A stretch of DNA of 64,000 nt from Alphaproteobacteria bacterium (GCA_965206405.1 CBDBJQ010000006.1:675061-739060), one strand, 5' to 3'; shown: positions 42,296 to 51,280, counted from the stretch's first letter. The notes: generated by a model from the letters alone, not told the origin. Made by a program: numbers and translations.

Positions 42296-43216
42296 TCAGG
42301 AAGCGATCCGGTACAGGCGGCGGGCGGTGTCATGGAACAGCGCGCGCCGGTCAGATTCGGGGAAATCTGCGGTGATCTCCCGGAATCCGCCGTAGATCGT
42401 CGCATAATCGCCAACCAGGCTGTCAACCGGGAAGTTGCTCGCGAACATGCAGCGCTGCGGCCCGAAGATGTCGATGGCGGCGCGCACGATCGGTCCGTTT
42501 TCAGCCACGGTCCATGCCTCGTCCCGCACGCCGAGGCCGGAGATTTTTACCGCCGTGTTCGCCTCCGCTGCGAACCCCTCCATGGCTTCCCGCCATCCGG
42601 CCAGCCCCGTTGCAGAGCGGTTGGCGGGCAGGCCGGCATGGTTCAGGACAATCATCGTGTCGGGAAAATCGCGCGCCAGCGCGACTGCCTCGCCCAGATG
42701 CCACCAGGGTGTCTGCAGCTCGTAATGGAGGCCGAATTCGGCCAGCAGCGCATAGCCGGCGCGGAACGCAGGATCGGCCATCGATCCCGGATAGCCCGGG
42801 ACAATAGCATCCGGCCCGGATGCCGCGGCGGGTTTCTGGCGGATTCCGCGTGTCAGCGGGAAAGCGGCATGGCCGGCGAGGACCTCGGCGATGTTGCTAC
42901 GGCAGAACATGGCCCATCCGACGATGGCGTGGGGAAAGCCGCTCTGCTCGGCAACCCTGTGCAGCCAGCGCGTCTCGGCCACCGGGTCTGCCGGGTCGTG
43001 CTCGGCCTCGATGTGAACCGAAGCGACGATGTTCTGCCCGGCGGTATCTTCGGCGTAGTGCTCTGGCAGATAGCTGCGGCAGATCGCGGTGTAGTCGCCG
43101 TAGCGGAAATCCGGAAGCCAGCCGTCCTGGAGCCAAGGATAACGGTTGTTCTCAAGATCGAAGAAATGCTGGTGGGCGTCAATCGCCGCAAGGATCGGCG
43201 GGGCGGGAGGGGCCAT
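42296..43216 (-). CDS. amidohydrolase_2 family metal-dependent hydrolase
   Basis: 306 aa with AIDAHQHFFD (HxH) near the N-terminus and ...IVLNHAGLP...ASNFPVD. The start codon overlaps the phoB stop by 1 nt (TGATG). Confidence 0.8.
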   Translation of the reverse strand: MAPPAPPILAAIDAHQHFFDLENNRYPWLQDGWLPDFRYGDYTAICRSYLPEHYAEDTAGQNIVASVHIEAEHDPADPVAETRWLHRVAEQSGFPHAIVGWAMFCRSNIAEVLAGHAAFPLTRGIRQKPAAASGPDAIVPGYPGSMADPAFRAGYALLAEFGLHYELQTPWWHLGEAVALARDFPDTMIVLNHAGLPANRSATGLAGWREAMEGFAAEANTAVKISGLGVRDEAWTVAENGPIVRAAIDIFGPQRCMFASNFPVDSLVGDYATIYGGFREITADFPESDRRALFHDTARRLYRIAS

Positions 43217-43935
43217 CAGGCGGATTCCGAATCGATCGAGTAGCCCGCCTTCTTCACCGTCCGGATTAGATCCTGCGCGCCGTCGGCATTGAGCACCCGG
43301 CGCAGGCGCCGGATATGGACATCGACCGTCCGGGGTTGGACATGGATGTCATGGCCCCAGGCGAGATTGAGAAGCTGTTCGCGCGACAGCACTCGGGTCG
43401 GTTGCTCGAGCAGCACCCGCAGGAGTCGGAATTCGGTCGGCCCGAGGCGTACCGGTTTTCCGTCCCGCGAGACCCGATGGCGGGCGAGGTCCATGGCGAT
43501 GTCGGCATAGCAGAGAACGTCGTCTCCGGCCTCCGGCTGGCGGCGCCTGAGAACGGCCTGGATGCGTGCCATCAACTCGTTTGGGGAGTATGGCTTGACC
43601 ATGTAGTCGTCAGCGCCTGTCTCGAGGCCGCGGATCCGGTCCTCTTCCTCTCCCCGCGCCGTCACGATCACGATCGGCAGGTTGCGTGTCCGGGATGATT
43701 CCCGCAGACGGCGGCAGATCTCGATGCCGGAGATGTCCGGGAGCATCCAGTCGAGGATCATGACATCTGGCTCCTGCCGCACGGCGATTCGGAAAGCCTT
43801 CCGGCCGCTGTCGGTCGCGACCGTGCGATAGCCCTTGCGCTGCAGGTTGTAGGTCAGCAGATCGACCTGGGCCTCTTCGTCCTCGACGATCAGGACCAGG
43901 GGGTCGGCGGCCGGGGATTCGGCAGAGGAAGTCAT
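43216..43935 (-). CDS. phoB: phosphate regulon response regulator (OmpR family)
   Basis: Start at internal ATG 43935 (MTSSAESPAADPLVLIVEDEEAQ). It has a receiver domain (ILDWMLPDISG) and a winged-helix C-terminus (...RTVDVHIRRLRRVL...IRTVKKAGYS). It follows phoU. Confidence 0.92.
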   Translation of the reverse strand: MTSSAESPAADPLVLIVEDEEAQVDLLTYNLQRKGYRTVATDSGRKAFRIAVRQEPDVMILDWMLPDISGIEICRRLRESSRTRNLPIVIVTARGEEEDRIRGLETGADDYMVKPYSPNELMARIQAVLRRRQPEAGDDVLCYADIAMDLARHRVSRDGKPVRLGPTEFRLLRVLLEQPTRVLSREQLLNLAWGHDIHVQPRTVDVHIRRLRRVLNADGAQDLIRTVKKAGYSIDSESA

Positions 43936-43963
43936 ATCGCGGCTCCGCCGGTGATGGGCCCGC

Positions 43964-44731
43964 TCATCCAGATTTTGGCTCGTCCGCCGCTTGCATGCCG
44001 CCGCTGTGTCTGGCTTGGGCATCCGGATCGATCACCGTGAAGCTCGAATGATCTCCCTTTGGCCTGTCTTCTTCGGGCATCACGCCCTCGATCATGAAAT
44101 GAATCTGCTCGGTGATATCGGTGATGTGGTCGCCGACCCGCTCAATATTCTTGGCGATGAACAGGAGGTGCGCACTGGACGCGACATTGCTGGAATCCTT
44201 CGCCATGTGAGTCAGCAACTCCTGGAACAGGCTGGTGTTCAGAAGGTCGATCTCCTCGTCCCGGTTGCGCACATCGAGAGCCTTGTTGAGATCGTCCTCG
44301 ATATAGGCGTCGAGCGCATTCTTGATCATTTCCTGGGCGAGCTGGCCCATGCGTTCGATCGTGTTCAGGGCTTCCGTGTTCGGGGTCAGGCCGGTCAGTG
44401 TCGATGAGCGTTTGGCTATGTTCTTCGCGTAATCGCCGATACGTTCAATCGCGCTCGAGATCTTCAGCGCCGAAATGAGGCGACGCAGGTCCTGGGCCAT
44501 CGGTTGGCGCAGGGCAACGGTGGTTACTGCGAATTCATAAAGCTCGTCGTCGAGCTGGTCGATGCGCGTGTCGGAGGCAATGGCCTCTTCCGCCGCCTCC
44601 TGGTCCTGTCGCATCACGGCGTCGATGCTGCGGGCGAGCTGGGCTTCCGCAATCCCGCCCATCTGTGCAATCAGGTTCTCGATGCGGGCAAGATCCTGGT
44701 CAAAGGATTTGACGATATGATCCTGGGGCAT
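43964..44731 (-). CDS. phoU: phosphate signalling complex protein PhoU
   Basis: Start at internal ATG 44731 (MPQDHIVKSFDQDLARI). It contains the duplicated PhoU repeats with ERIGDYAKNIA and ERVGDHITDI. Confidence 0.92.
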   Translation of the reverse strand: MPQDHIVKSFDQDLARIENLIAQMGGIAEAQLARSIDAVMRQDQEAAEEAIASDTRIDQLDDELYEFAVTTVALRQPMAQDLRRLISALKISSAIERIGDYAKNIAKRSSTLTGLTPNTEALNTIERMGQLAQEMIKNALDAYIEDDLNKALDVRNRDEEIDLLNTSLFQELLTHMAKDSSNVASSAHLLFIAKNIERVGDHITDITEQIHFMIEGVMPEEDRPKGDHSSFTVIDPDAQARHSGGMQAADEPKSG

Positions 44732-44744
44732 TCTCGAACCTCCG

Positions 44745-45638
44745 TCAGCCGAACCGGCCCGTGATGTAGTCCTGGGTGCGTTTTTCCTCAGGGTTGGTGA
44801 AGATCTGTTCGGTATCGCCGAACTCGATAAGGTGGCCGAGATGGAAAAAGGCGGTGCGCTGCGACACGCGGGCTGCCTGCTGCATCGAGTGGGTGACAAT
44901 AACAATGGTGAATTTGTCACGCAGATTGTCGATCAGTTCCTCGATGCGGGCGGTGGCGATGGGATCGAGCGCCGAACAGGGCTCGTCCATGAGGATGATG
45001 TCGGGGCTGACTGCGATCGCCCGGGCGATGCAGAGGCGTTGCTGCTGGCCACCGGAGAGATTGGTGCCCGGTTCTGACAATCGGTTCCGGACTTCGTCGA
45101 TAAGCCCGGCGCGCTCGAGGCTTTCGGTGACGATCGCGTCGATTTCGGCCTTGTTGGCGGCGAGTCCGTGGAGCCTGGGCCCGTAGGCGACGTTGTCGTA
45201 GATCGATTTCGGGAAGGGGTTCGGCTTCTGGAACACGATACCGACCATGGCTCGCAGCTGGACGACGTCGATCTCCGGGTTGTGAATGTCGATTCCGTCG
45301 ATCCGGATATCGCCGTCGACGCGGCACCCGTCGATAACGTCGTTCATGCGGTTGATGCAGCGCAGGAATGTCGTCTTGCCGCAGCCCGAAGGGCCGATCA
45401 GCGCGGTAACCTCGCGCGGCTGGATATCGAGGTCGATGCCGAACAGGGCCTGCTTGCCGCTGTAGGAGACGTTGACGTCCCTGCAGATCACCTTCGCCGA
45501 CCCGGCCGTTGCTGAATCTTCCAACCCTGAGTCCAACCCTGAGTCCAATCCTGAATCCCCCGATGCCAACGCCTTGCTTCGGGCGTAGATGTTCTCGCCG
45601 GGTGTCACGATGTCCTCTCTGCTGATTTCGTTCATCAT
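44745..45638 (-). CDS. pstB: phosphate ABC transporter ATP-binding protein
   Basis: Walker [14 protein letters not shown], signature [14 protein letters not shown] and Walker [12 protein letters not shown]. It has an unusually long N-terminal leader containing the (SGLD)x3 repeat. Confidence 0.93.
   Translation of the reverse strand: MMNEISREDIVTPGENIYARSKALASGDSGLDSGLDSGLEDSATAGSAKVICRDVNVSYSGKQALFGIDLDIQPREVTALIGPSGCGKTTFLRCINRMNDVIDGCRVDGDIRIDGIDIHNPEIDVVQLRAMVGIVFQKPNPFPKSIYDNVAYGPRLHGLAANKAEIDAIVTESLERAGLIDEVRNRLSEPGTNLSGGQQQRLCIARAIAVSPDIILMDEPCSALDPIATARIEELIDNLRDKFTIVIVTHSMQQAARVSQRTAFFHLGHLIEFGDTEQIFTNPEEKRTQDYITGRFG
45521..45556 (-). repeat. in-frame 12-bp tandem repeat x3 inside the pstB 5' region (encodes [12 protein letters not shown])
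   Basis: Read directly: ccaaccctgagt ccaaccctgagt ccaatcctgaat. Confidence 0.9.
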
Positions 45639-45651
45639 TGCCCTGCTGCGG

Positions 45652-46977
45652 TCACCATCGCCGTTCGAGTTTCCTGCGCAGGATCTGTGCTGCCAGATTC
45701 ATGGTAACGAGGAAGGCAAGAAGCACCAATATCGCAGCCGCCATCCGTTCTATGAAAGCGCGTTCCGGACTGTCGGCCCAGAGGTAGATCTGGACCGGCA
45801 ACACTGTCGCCGGATCGGTAATGCCGCCCGGGATGTCGACAATGAAGGCGACCATGCCGATCATCAACAGGGGCGCCGTTTCTCCAAGCGCCCGGGCCAT
45901 ACCGATAATGGTGCCGGTCAGCATGCCCGGCATCGCCAGCGGCAGCACATGGTGCAGGACTGCCTGCATCCGGCTCGCGCCGACGCCGAGCGCGGCCTCG
46001 CGGATCGACGGCGGGACCGCCTGCAAGGTGGCGCGGCCGGCGATGATGATGGTCGGCAGGGTCATCAGCGCCAGCACGATACCGCCGGCCAGCGGCGCCG
46101 AGCGGGGGACGCCGAAGAAATTGAGAATCACGGCAAGCCCGAGAAGCCCGAACACGATCGAGGGCACAGCCGCGAGGTTGTTGATGTTGATCTCGATGAG
46201 GTCGGTCCAGCGGTTCTTGGGTGCGAATTCCTCAAGATACACTGCGGTCATGACGCCGATTGGGAAAGAGAGAGCCAGGGTGACGAGCAGGGTAAGCAGG
46301 GAGCCGACCAGGGCGCCGAGGATGCCCGCCTGCTCGGGGTCGCGGCTGTCGCCGGCGGTAAAGAAGTTGCTGTTGAAAGCGAGTTCGGCCTGGCCGCGTG
46401 TCTGCAATGTTTCGATCCACGCTTTTGCCTTCGGGCCGATCCGAGCGACCGCCGCCTCGGCCCCCGCCCTGCCTTTGATCAGCGTGTCGACCTCGCTCGA
46501 AGCGGTGATCCACACCGTCTTGCGGGCTCCGACTAGGTCCGGGTCTGCGAGCACCGCGTTGCGGAGCTCATAGATCGCGCCATTGCTGGGCAATTTGTAG
46601 AGCTGTCGCTTGTCGCGCCGGGACGTGGCTTCCGGGAAGGCTTCTCGCAAAGCCTGTTTGAGAAGGCGTCCATAGTCGGCGCTGTACAGAACCTCCCGTG
46701 AACCGGTGCCGTCCGGATCCAGGGCGCTTTGCTCGAAAGTAATATCAACGGCGATTCGGGCCTGCAGAAAGGCGCTGTATCCCTTTGTGCCGATGCTCGC
46801 CAGAAGAAACACAAGGAAACCGGCGGCGCCGATGATGGCGGTGATGCCATAAAGGCGGATCCGGCGCTCGGCGGCGTAACGCCGGCGCAGACCGAGGGCG
46901 ACTTGTCGGCCGGTCGGGGAGGTGGCGAAGCTCCCCTGTGTGTTGTCCCGCACATTGCCCTGGGCGTGTTCGCTCAT
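45652..46977 (-). CDS. pstA: phosphate ABC transporter permease PstA (long form)
   Basis: Start at internal ATG 46977 (MSEHAQGNV...), overlapping the pstC stop (ATGA). It is a polytopic permease with the EAA-like loop [20 protein letters not shown]. The track's 746-aa ORF is an out-of-frame extension across pstC. Confidence 0.9.
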   Translation of the reverse strand: MSEHAQGNVRDNTQGSFATSPTGRQVALGLRRRYAAERRIRLYGITAIIGAAGFLVFLLASIGTKGYSAFLQARIAVDITFEQSALDPDGTGSREVLYSADYGRLLKQALREAFPEATSRRDKRQLYKLPSNGAIYELRNAVLADPDLVGARKTVWITASSEVDTLIKGRAGAEAAVARIGPKAKAWIETLQTRGQAELAFNSNFFTAGDSRDPEQAGILGALVGSLLTLLVTLALSFPIGVMTAVYLEEFAPKNRWTDLIEININNLAAVPSIVFGLLGLAVILNFFGVPRSAPLAGGIVLALMTLPTIIIAGRATLQAVPPSIREAALGVGASRMQAVLHHVLPLAMPGMLTGTIIGMARALGETAPLLMIGMVAFIVDIPGGITDPATVLPVQIYLWADSPERAFIERMAAAILVLLAFLVTMNLAAQILRRKLERRW

Positions 46978-48365
46978 TCGTAGCGCTCCCGGTAGTGGCG
47001 GACGATGTGCAGGGCCATGACGTTGATCACCAGGGTGACGAGAAACAGGACCAGACCAAGAGCGAAGGCGGCCAGGGTTTTCGGGCTGTCGAACTCCTGG
47101 TCGCCGACCAGCAAGGTGACGATCTGGACGGTGACGGTGGTCACCGCCTCGAAGGGGTTGGCGCTCAGCTTGGCGCTCAGCCCGGCGGCCATGACGACAA
47201 TCATGGTTTCGCCGATGGCCCGCGAGACCGCCAGCAGGATGCTGCTGATGATGCCGGGAAGCGCAGCCGGCAAGACCACCTGGCGAATGGTCTCCGACTG
47301 GGTGGCGCCGACGCCGTAGGAACCCTCCCGCAGGGCGTCTGGAACCGCGGTGATGACGTCGTCGGACAGCGAGGAGATGAACGGAATCAGCATTATGCCA
47401 AGGACAATGCCGGCGGCGAGAGCGCTCTCGGAAGAGATCGTGAGACCGATATCGGCGCCGACGGAGCGGAACAGGGGCGCGACCGTTAACGCCGCGAAGA
47501 AGCCGTAGACGACCGTCGGGATGCCAGCGAGGATCTCGAGAATGGGCTTGGCCACCGTCCGGAAGGCCGACGAGGCGTATTCGGCCATGTAGATTGCGGC
47601 GAATAGCCCGATCGGCACCGCGACGATCATGGCGATGGTGCTGATCATCAGGGTGCCGGCAAAGATCGGTACCGCGCCGAAACTGCCACTGGCTGCGACC
47701 TGGTCTGAACGCAACGCGATCTGCGGGCTCCACTCGGTGCCGAAAAGGAACTCCGTGATCGGAACCTGCTCGAAGAATCGCAAGGCCTCGAACAGGAGAG
47801 AAAGGATGATGCCGATCGTTGTGAGAATCGCGATGGCGGCGGCGGCGGCGAGGAGGCTGGTGACGATTTTCTCGACCGCGTTGCGGGCCCACATCCCCGG
47901 CGCGACGAGACGACGGCTGAAGGCAAGGCCGGCAACGGCAACAGCGAGGGTGCCGGCGGCCATCAGCCAGATGCCGGTATCCTGAAGGCGGCTGTAGTGT
48001 TCGGCGTGAAAGGCGAGATTGACGCCCGTATCGCCCGCACCGCTGCTCGCGATGTCGCCGGCGGCGATGTTGCGGATGTCGTTGACCAGCAAGCCGAGCT
48101 GGTCTTCAGGTAGGCCACGCACGGCATCGGGCAGGCCGGCAGTGACCATCGCGGCGATCACGGCGTCTTCGCAGGAGACCCAGACTGCGAACAGCAGAAG
48201 CGCGGGCAGGCCACACCACAAGGCGACGAAATATCCGTAATAGCCGGGGGTCGAGTGTAGTTCGCGGATGCGGCCGCCGACAGTAGTAACAGCGCGCGCT
48301 CGGCCGAGACAGAAGCCGATCACGGTCAGGCCGAGAAGAACAAGTAAGACGATGAAGATTTGCAT
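46974..48365 (-). CDS. pstC: phosphate ABC transporter permease PstC (long form)
   Basis: 463-aa polytopic permease with the EAA-like loop EGSYGVGATQSETIRQVVLPAALP. It lies between pstS and pstA. Confidence 0.9.
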   Translation of the reverse strand: MQIFIVLLVLLGLTVIGFCLGRARAVTTVGGRIRELHSTPGYYGYFVALWCGLPALLLFAVWVSCEDAVIAAMVTAGLPDAVRGLPEDQLGLLVNDIRNIAAGDIASSGAGDTGVNLAFHAEHYSRLQDTGIWLMAAGTLAVAVAGLAFSRRLVAPGMWARNAVEKIVTSLLAAAAAIAILTTIGIILSLLFEALRFFEQVPITEFLFGTEWSPQIALRSDQVAASGSFGAVPIFAGTLMISTIAMIVAVPIGLFAAIYMAEYASSAFRTVAKPILEILAGIPTVVYGFFAALTVAPLFRSVGADIGLTISSESALAAGIVLGIMLIPFISSLSDDVITAVPDALREGSYGVGATQSETIRQVVLPAALPGIISSILLAVSRAIGETMIVVMAAGLSAKLSANPFEAVTTVTVQIVTLLVGDQEFDSPKTLAAFALGLVLFLVTLVINVMALHIVRHYRERYE

Positions 48366-48389
48366 GCGGATCCGGCGATCACCATAGAC

Positions 48390-48427
48390 GATCCCGGCCG
48401 GTGCAGGGCGCTGGTCGGGCCGGGATC
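48390..48427 (-). promoter_or_regulatory. intercistronic hairpin between pstS and pstC
   Basis: gatcccggcc (48390-48399) pairs perfectly with ggccgggatc (48418-48427), a 10-bp stem around an 18-nt loop. There is no T-run. Confidence 0.55.
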
Positions 48428-48448
48428 AACTGTGATGCGTGTTCGGCG

Positions 48449-49510
48449 CTACATGGCAAGGTTGGAGAGCGAGATGGTGTTGCGAAGAAACTTTTTCCGC
48501 TCTTCCTCGGGCATGGGGATTAGGCCGCGGTCGGTCAGGTAGCCGTCCGGCCCCCAGGTGCCCTCGGCGGTGAACTCGGCCATATACTCGCGCAGTCCGG
48601 GGATTGTTCCGACATGGGCGCCCTTGACGTAGAAGAAGAGCGGGCGGGACACTGCGTATTTGCGCGCGGCGATGTTCTCGAACAGCGGGGTGACACCGTT
48701 GACCCGGCTGCCGCGAATCTTGTCGGCGTTCTGGTCGAGAAAACTGTAGCCGAAAACACCGAATGCCGACGGGTTGGCGTCGAGCTTTTGGACGATGAGA
48801 TTGTCGTTCTCGCCTGCCTCGATATAGGCACCGTCCTCGCGGATGCTGCGGCAGATCGCCTTGTAGGTTTTCTTGTTCTTCTTCTTTATCGCCTTGAGGT
48901 GACTGAAGGTCTTGCAGCCGCCCTCGATGGCGAGTTCATTGAAGGCATCGCGGGTGCCCGAAGTCGGCGGCGGTCCGAGAACCTCGATGCGGGCATTCGG
49001 CAGCGAGGCGTCGATATCGCTCCACTTCTTGTAGGGATTGTCGACCAGCTTGCCACCTTCACGGCCGCCCTCCGGCACCTGCCGGCCAAGAGCGAGGAAC
49101 AGCTGTTGCAGCGTGATTGCCATCTCCGGCGCCTTGTTCGAGTTGGCGAGGATGATGCCGTCATAGCCGATCTTGACCTCGACGATATTCTTGACGCCAT
49201 TCTTGTGGCACTTGCTGACCTCGGACTTCTTGATGCGGCGCGAAGCGTTGGTGATATCGGGGTGGCTGATGCCGATGCCCTTGCAGAAGAGTTTGAGGCC
49301 GCCGCCGGATCCGGTCGCTTCGATCTTCGGGGTCTTGAACGCAGTCGATTTGCCGAAGCGTTCGGCAACGACGGTGGCAAAGGGATACACCGTCGAGGAG
49401 CCGACGATGTTGATCCGGTCGCGGGCCGAGGCCGTGCCGGCCACAGAGGCCATGCCAAGGGCGAGGGTGATGGCGGTGGCTATGGAAATTGCGAGAGAGA
49501 CTTTTCTCAT
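48449..49510 (-). CDS. pstS: phosphate ABC transporter substrate-binding protein
   Basis: 353 aa with a signal peptide (AITLALGMASVAGTASA) and the PstS-family N-terminal block INIVGSSTVYPFATVVAERF. Confidence 0.9.
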   Translation of the reverse strand: MRKVSLAISIATAITLALGMASVAGTASARDRINIVGSSTVYPFATVVAERFGKSTAFKTPKIEATGSGGGLKLFCKGIGISHPDITNASRRIKKSEVSKCHKNGVKNIVEVKIGYDGIILANSNKAPEMAITLQQLFLALGRQVPEGGREGGKLVDNPYKKWSDIDASLPNARIEVLGPPPTSGTRDAFNELAIEGGCKTFSHLKAIKKKNKKTYKAICRSIREDGAYIEAGENDNLIVQKLDANPSAFGVFGYSFLDQNADKIRGSRVNGVTPLFENIAARKYAVSRPLFFYVKGAHVGTIPGLREYMAEFTAEGTWGPDGYLTDRGLIPMPEEERKKFLRNTISLSNLAM

Positions 49511-49586
49511 TCCAGAGAATCTCCCGGAGATTGTCTCATTGCGCCGGCGCCAGCGTGGCGTCGCGGCGCATCCTAGCCTTTCTTGC

Positions 49587-49626
49587 CGTCAGCATTATGA
49601 CGGCGATGTTACGATTCCGTGACAAT
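49587..49626 (-). promoter_or_regulatory. candidate Pho box upstream of pstS (heptamers on an 11-bp period)
   Basis: Read in gene orientation: aTTGTCACggaaTCGTAACatcgCCGTCATaatgCTGACGG. The four heptamers match CTGTCAT at 5/7, 3/7, 6/7 and 4/7. The proximal edge is 77 nt upstream of the pstS ATG. Confidence 0.45.
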
Positions 49627-49636
49627 TTCCCATGCG

Positions 49637-49708
49637 GTATTTTCCGCAGTGTTTTCCGCAGTGTTTTCCGCAGTGTTTTCCGTAATGTTGTTTTGAATGT
49701 TGTTTTGC
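49637..49708. repeat. 12-bp tandem repeat array, 6 units (gtgttttccgca type, decaying to atgttgttttga/c)
   Basis: Read directly: units start at 49637, 49649, 49661, 49673, 49685 and 49697. The array fills the gap between the phoR stop (49711) and the Pho-box candidate. Confidence 0.9.
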
Positions 49709-49710
49709 CC

Positions 49711-50793
49711 TCATCCGGCGGTCTCGTCGGGTGCATTTTCCGCACTGGCGGTCGGCAGGAAAACCGTGAACACGCTGCCCTCTCCGGGCGTGCTGCGGAT
49801 GGCCAGGTGGCCCCGGTGGCGGTTGACGATGTGCTTGACGATCGCGAGGCCGAGCCCGGCGCCGCCCTCGGTGCGTGAGCGCCCTCTATCGATCCGGTAG
49901 AACCGTTCGGTGAGGCGAGGCAGGTGCTCCGGTGCCATCCCGCGCCCGGAATCCGAAACCTCGACGGCGATACCGGAGCCGCCCGCTTCGGGAATGCGGT
50001 CGAGGGCGCGGGCAGAAATCCGGATCCGAGCCTCCTTGCCGGCATGGGTGTGGGCATTGTCGACGAGGTTGTCGAACACCTGGGTGAGTTCGTCCGGATC
50101 AGCCACGGCCTGCGGCAAGGATGCCTCGACCGCAACCGGAATCGTTACGCCGGCCCGTGCTCCGGAAATCCTGGCAACGTCGTTGAGGAGAATATCGATG
50201 TCGACGGCTTCGCGCGGAGCCACGTGCTCGCGCGCCTCAATTCGGGACAGCGAAAGCAAATCGCTCACGAGTCGGGACATGCGACTGGCTTCGCGACCCA
50301 TGGTAGTGAGGAATCGATCGCGCGCCGCCGTGTCGTCCCGCGCCGTGGTGCGGAGGGTTTCGATGAAGCCGGTCAGCGAGGCGAGCGGCGACCGCAACTC
50401 GTGGCTGGCATTGGCCACGAACTCGGTCAGGGTCTTGCGCGCGTGATCCTGTGCGGTGATGTCGCGCAGGGAAACAACCACCCTGGCGTCACCGGGAGCG
50501 TCGGGAGGCAGTGCCGCGGCGTGCACATCAAAGGCCTGGCGGACGGCGGCGTGGATGACTGCAGTGGTGCGGTGGTATGCAGCACCCCCGAGGACGGCGT
50601 CGACGGCGGCGAGGATATCGGGCTGGCGCAATGCAAGGGCAAGCGGCCGGCCAACCGGATTGTCGCCGAGCATTCTGGCGGCGGCCCTGTTGGCGGCGAT
50701 GATTTTCTGCTGGCTGTCGACGAGCAGGATGCTGTCGGGAAGCGCATCGAGGATGGCCACGCCGGTGGCACCAGAAAGCGGGCCGAGACTCAT
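49711..50793 (-). CDS. phoR: phosphate regulon sensor histidine kinase, PAS-HisKA-HATPase, no N-terminal transmembrane segments
   Basis: 360 aa with a PAS-like N-terminus, the H-box FVANASHELRSPL, an N box DNLVDNAHTHA and a G box DSGRGM...GGAGLGLAIVKHI. It heads the phoR-pstSCAB-phoU-phoB string. Confidence 0.85.
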   Translation of the reverse strand: MSLGPLSGATGVAILDALPDSILLVDSQQKIIAANRAAARMLGDNPVGRPLALALRQPDILAAVDAVLGGAAYHRTTAVIHAAVRQAFDVHAAALPPDAPGDARVVVSLRDITAQDHARKTLTEFVANASHELRSPLASLTGFIETLRTTARDDTAARDRFLTTMGREASRMSRLVSDLLSLSRIEAREHVAPREAVDIDILLNDVARISGARAGVTIPVAVEASLPQAVADPDELTQVFDNLVDNAHTHAGKEARIRISARALDRIPEAGGSGIAVEVSDSGRGMAPEHLPRLTERFYRIDRGRSRTEGGAGLGLAIVKHIVNRHRGHLAIRSTPGEGSVFTVFLPTASAENAPDETAG

Positions 50794-50854
50794 TGACTGA
50801 GACTCATTGACTGAGACTCATTGACTGAGACTCATTGGTTGAGACCCATTCTTG
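50785..50854 (-). repeat. 14-bp tandem repeat x5 that reiterates the phoR start codon context
   Basis: Plus-strand units are gagactcattgact x3 (50785, 50799, 50813), gagactcattggtt (50827) and gagacccattcttg (50841). In gene orientation each unit carries ATGAGTCTC. Confidence 0.95.
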
Positions 50855-50995
50855 AGGTTGATTGTTTCGGACCCGGGCTTGAGGCACCGGTTCCCGGGCA
50901 TTAGCATGCCGCGCTTCGTTCGGGCGGTTTCCCTGGGCGTGACGCTCTTGAGCCCGATGTGTTCGGGCACGGATTCTTGCAGGAAACGGGACGAT

Positions 50996-51280
50996 ATGGC
51001 GGAAAACGCAGAAGACATATTTCCAGAGGGAGAAGGCCAGGCGGTTCCTGTTGCCGGGGATGGTCAGTTGCGCGATTTTATCGAGCGCATCGAGAGCCTT
51101 GAGGACGAGAAGGCGGAGGTCGCGGGCGCCGTGCGCGAAGTCTACGCGGAAGCCAAGCTTTCCGGCTACGATCCGAAAATCATCCGCCAGGTCGTGCGGC
51201 TGAGGAAGATGGAAACTGTCGATCGTCAGGAGCAGGAGGCGCTGCTCGACGCCTATATGGCCGCTCTCGGCATGAGCTGA
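50996..51280 (+). CDS. gapR: DUF2312 / GapR-like nucleoid-associated protein
   Basis: Start at internal ATG 50996 (MAENAEDIF...). The sequence QLRDFIERIESLEDEKAEVAGAVREVYAEAKLSGYDPKIIRQVVRLRKM...ALLDAYMAALGM is the characteristic DUF2312 sequence. Confidence 0.8.
   Translation: MAENAEDIFPEGEGQAVPVAGDGQLRDFIERIESLEDEKAEVAGAVREVYAEAKLSGYDPKIIRQVVRLRKMETVDRQEQEALLDAYMAALGMS

Noticed and set aside
46978-47892. N-terminal 300 aa of the 746-aa ORF 45652-47892
   Set aside because: This part overlaps pstC in another frame and has Arg/Pro/His-rich nonsense composition. The real pstA starts at ATG 46977, which overlaps the pstC stop (ATGA).
49637-50854. The repeat arrays flanking phoR as CRISPR arrays
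   Set aside because: The units are contiguous with no spacers, are only 12-14 bp long, and no cas genes are nearby. They are simple tandem repeats.
50785-50854. The 14-bp repeats as Pho boxes for phoR autoregulation
   Set aside because: CAGTCAA resembles CTGTCAT only weakly, and the period is 14 bp rather than the 11 bp expected for PhoB dimers.
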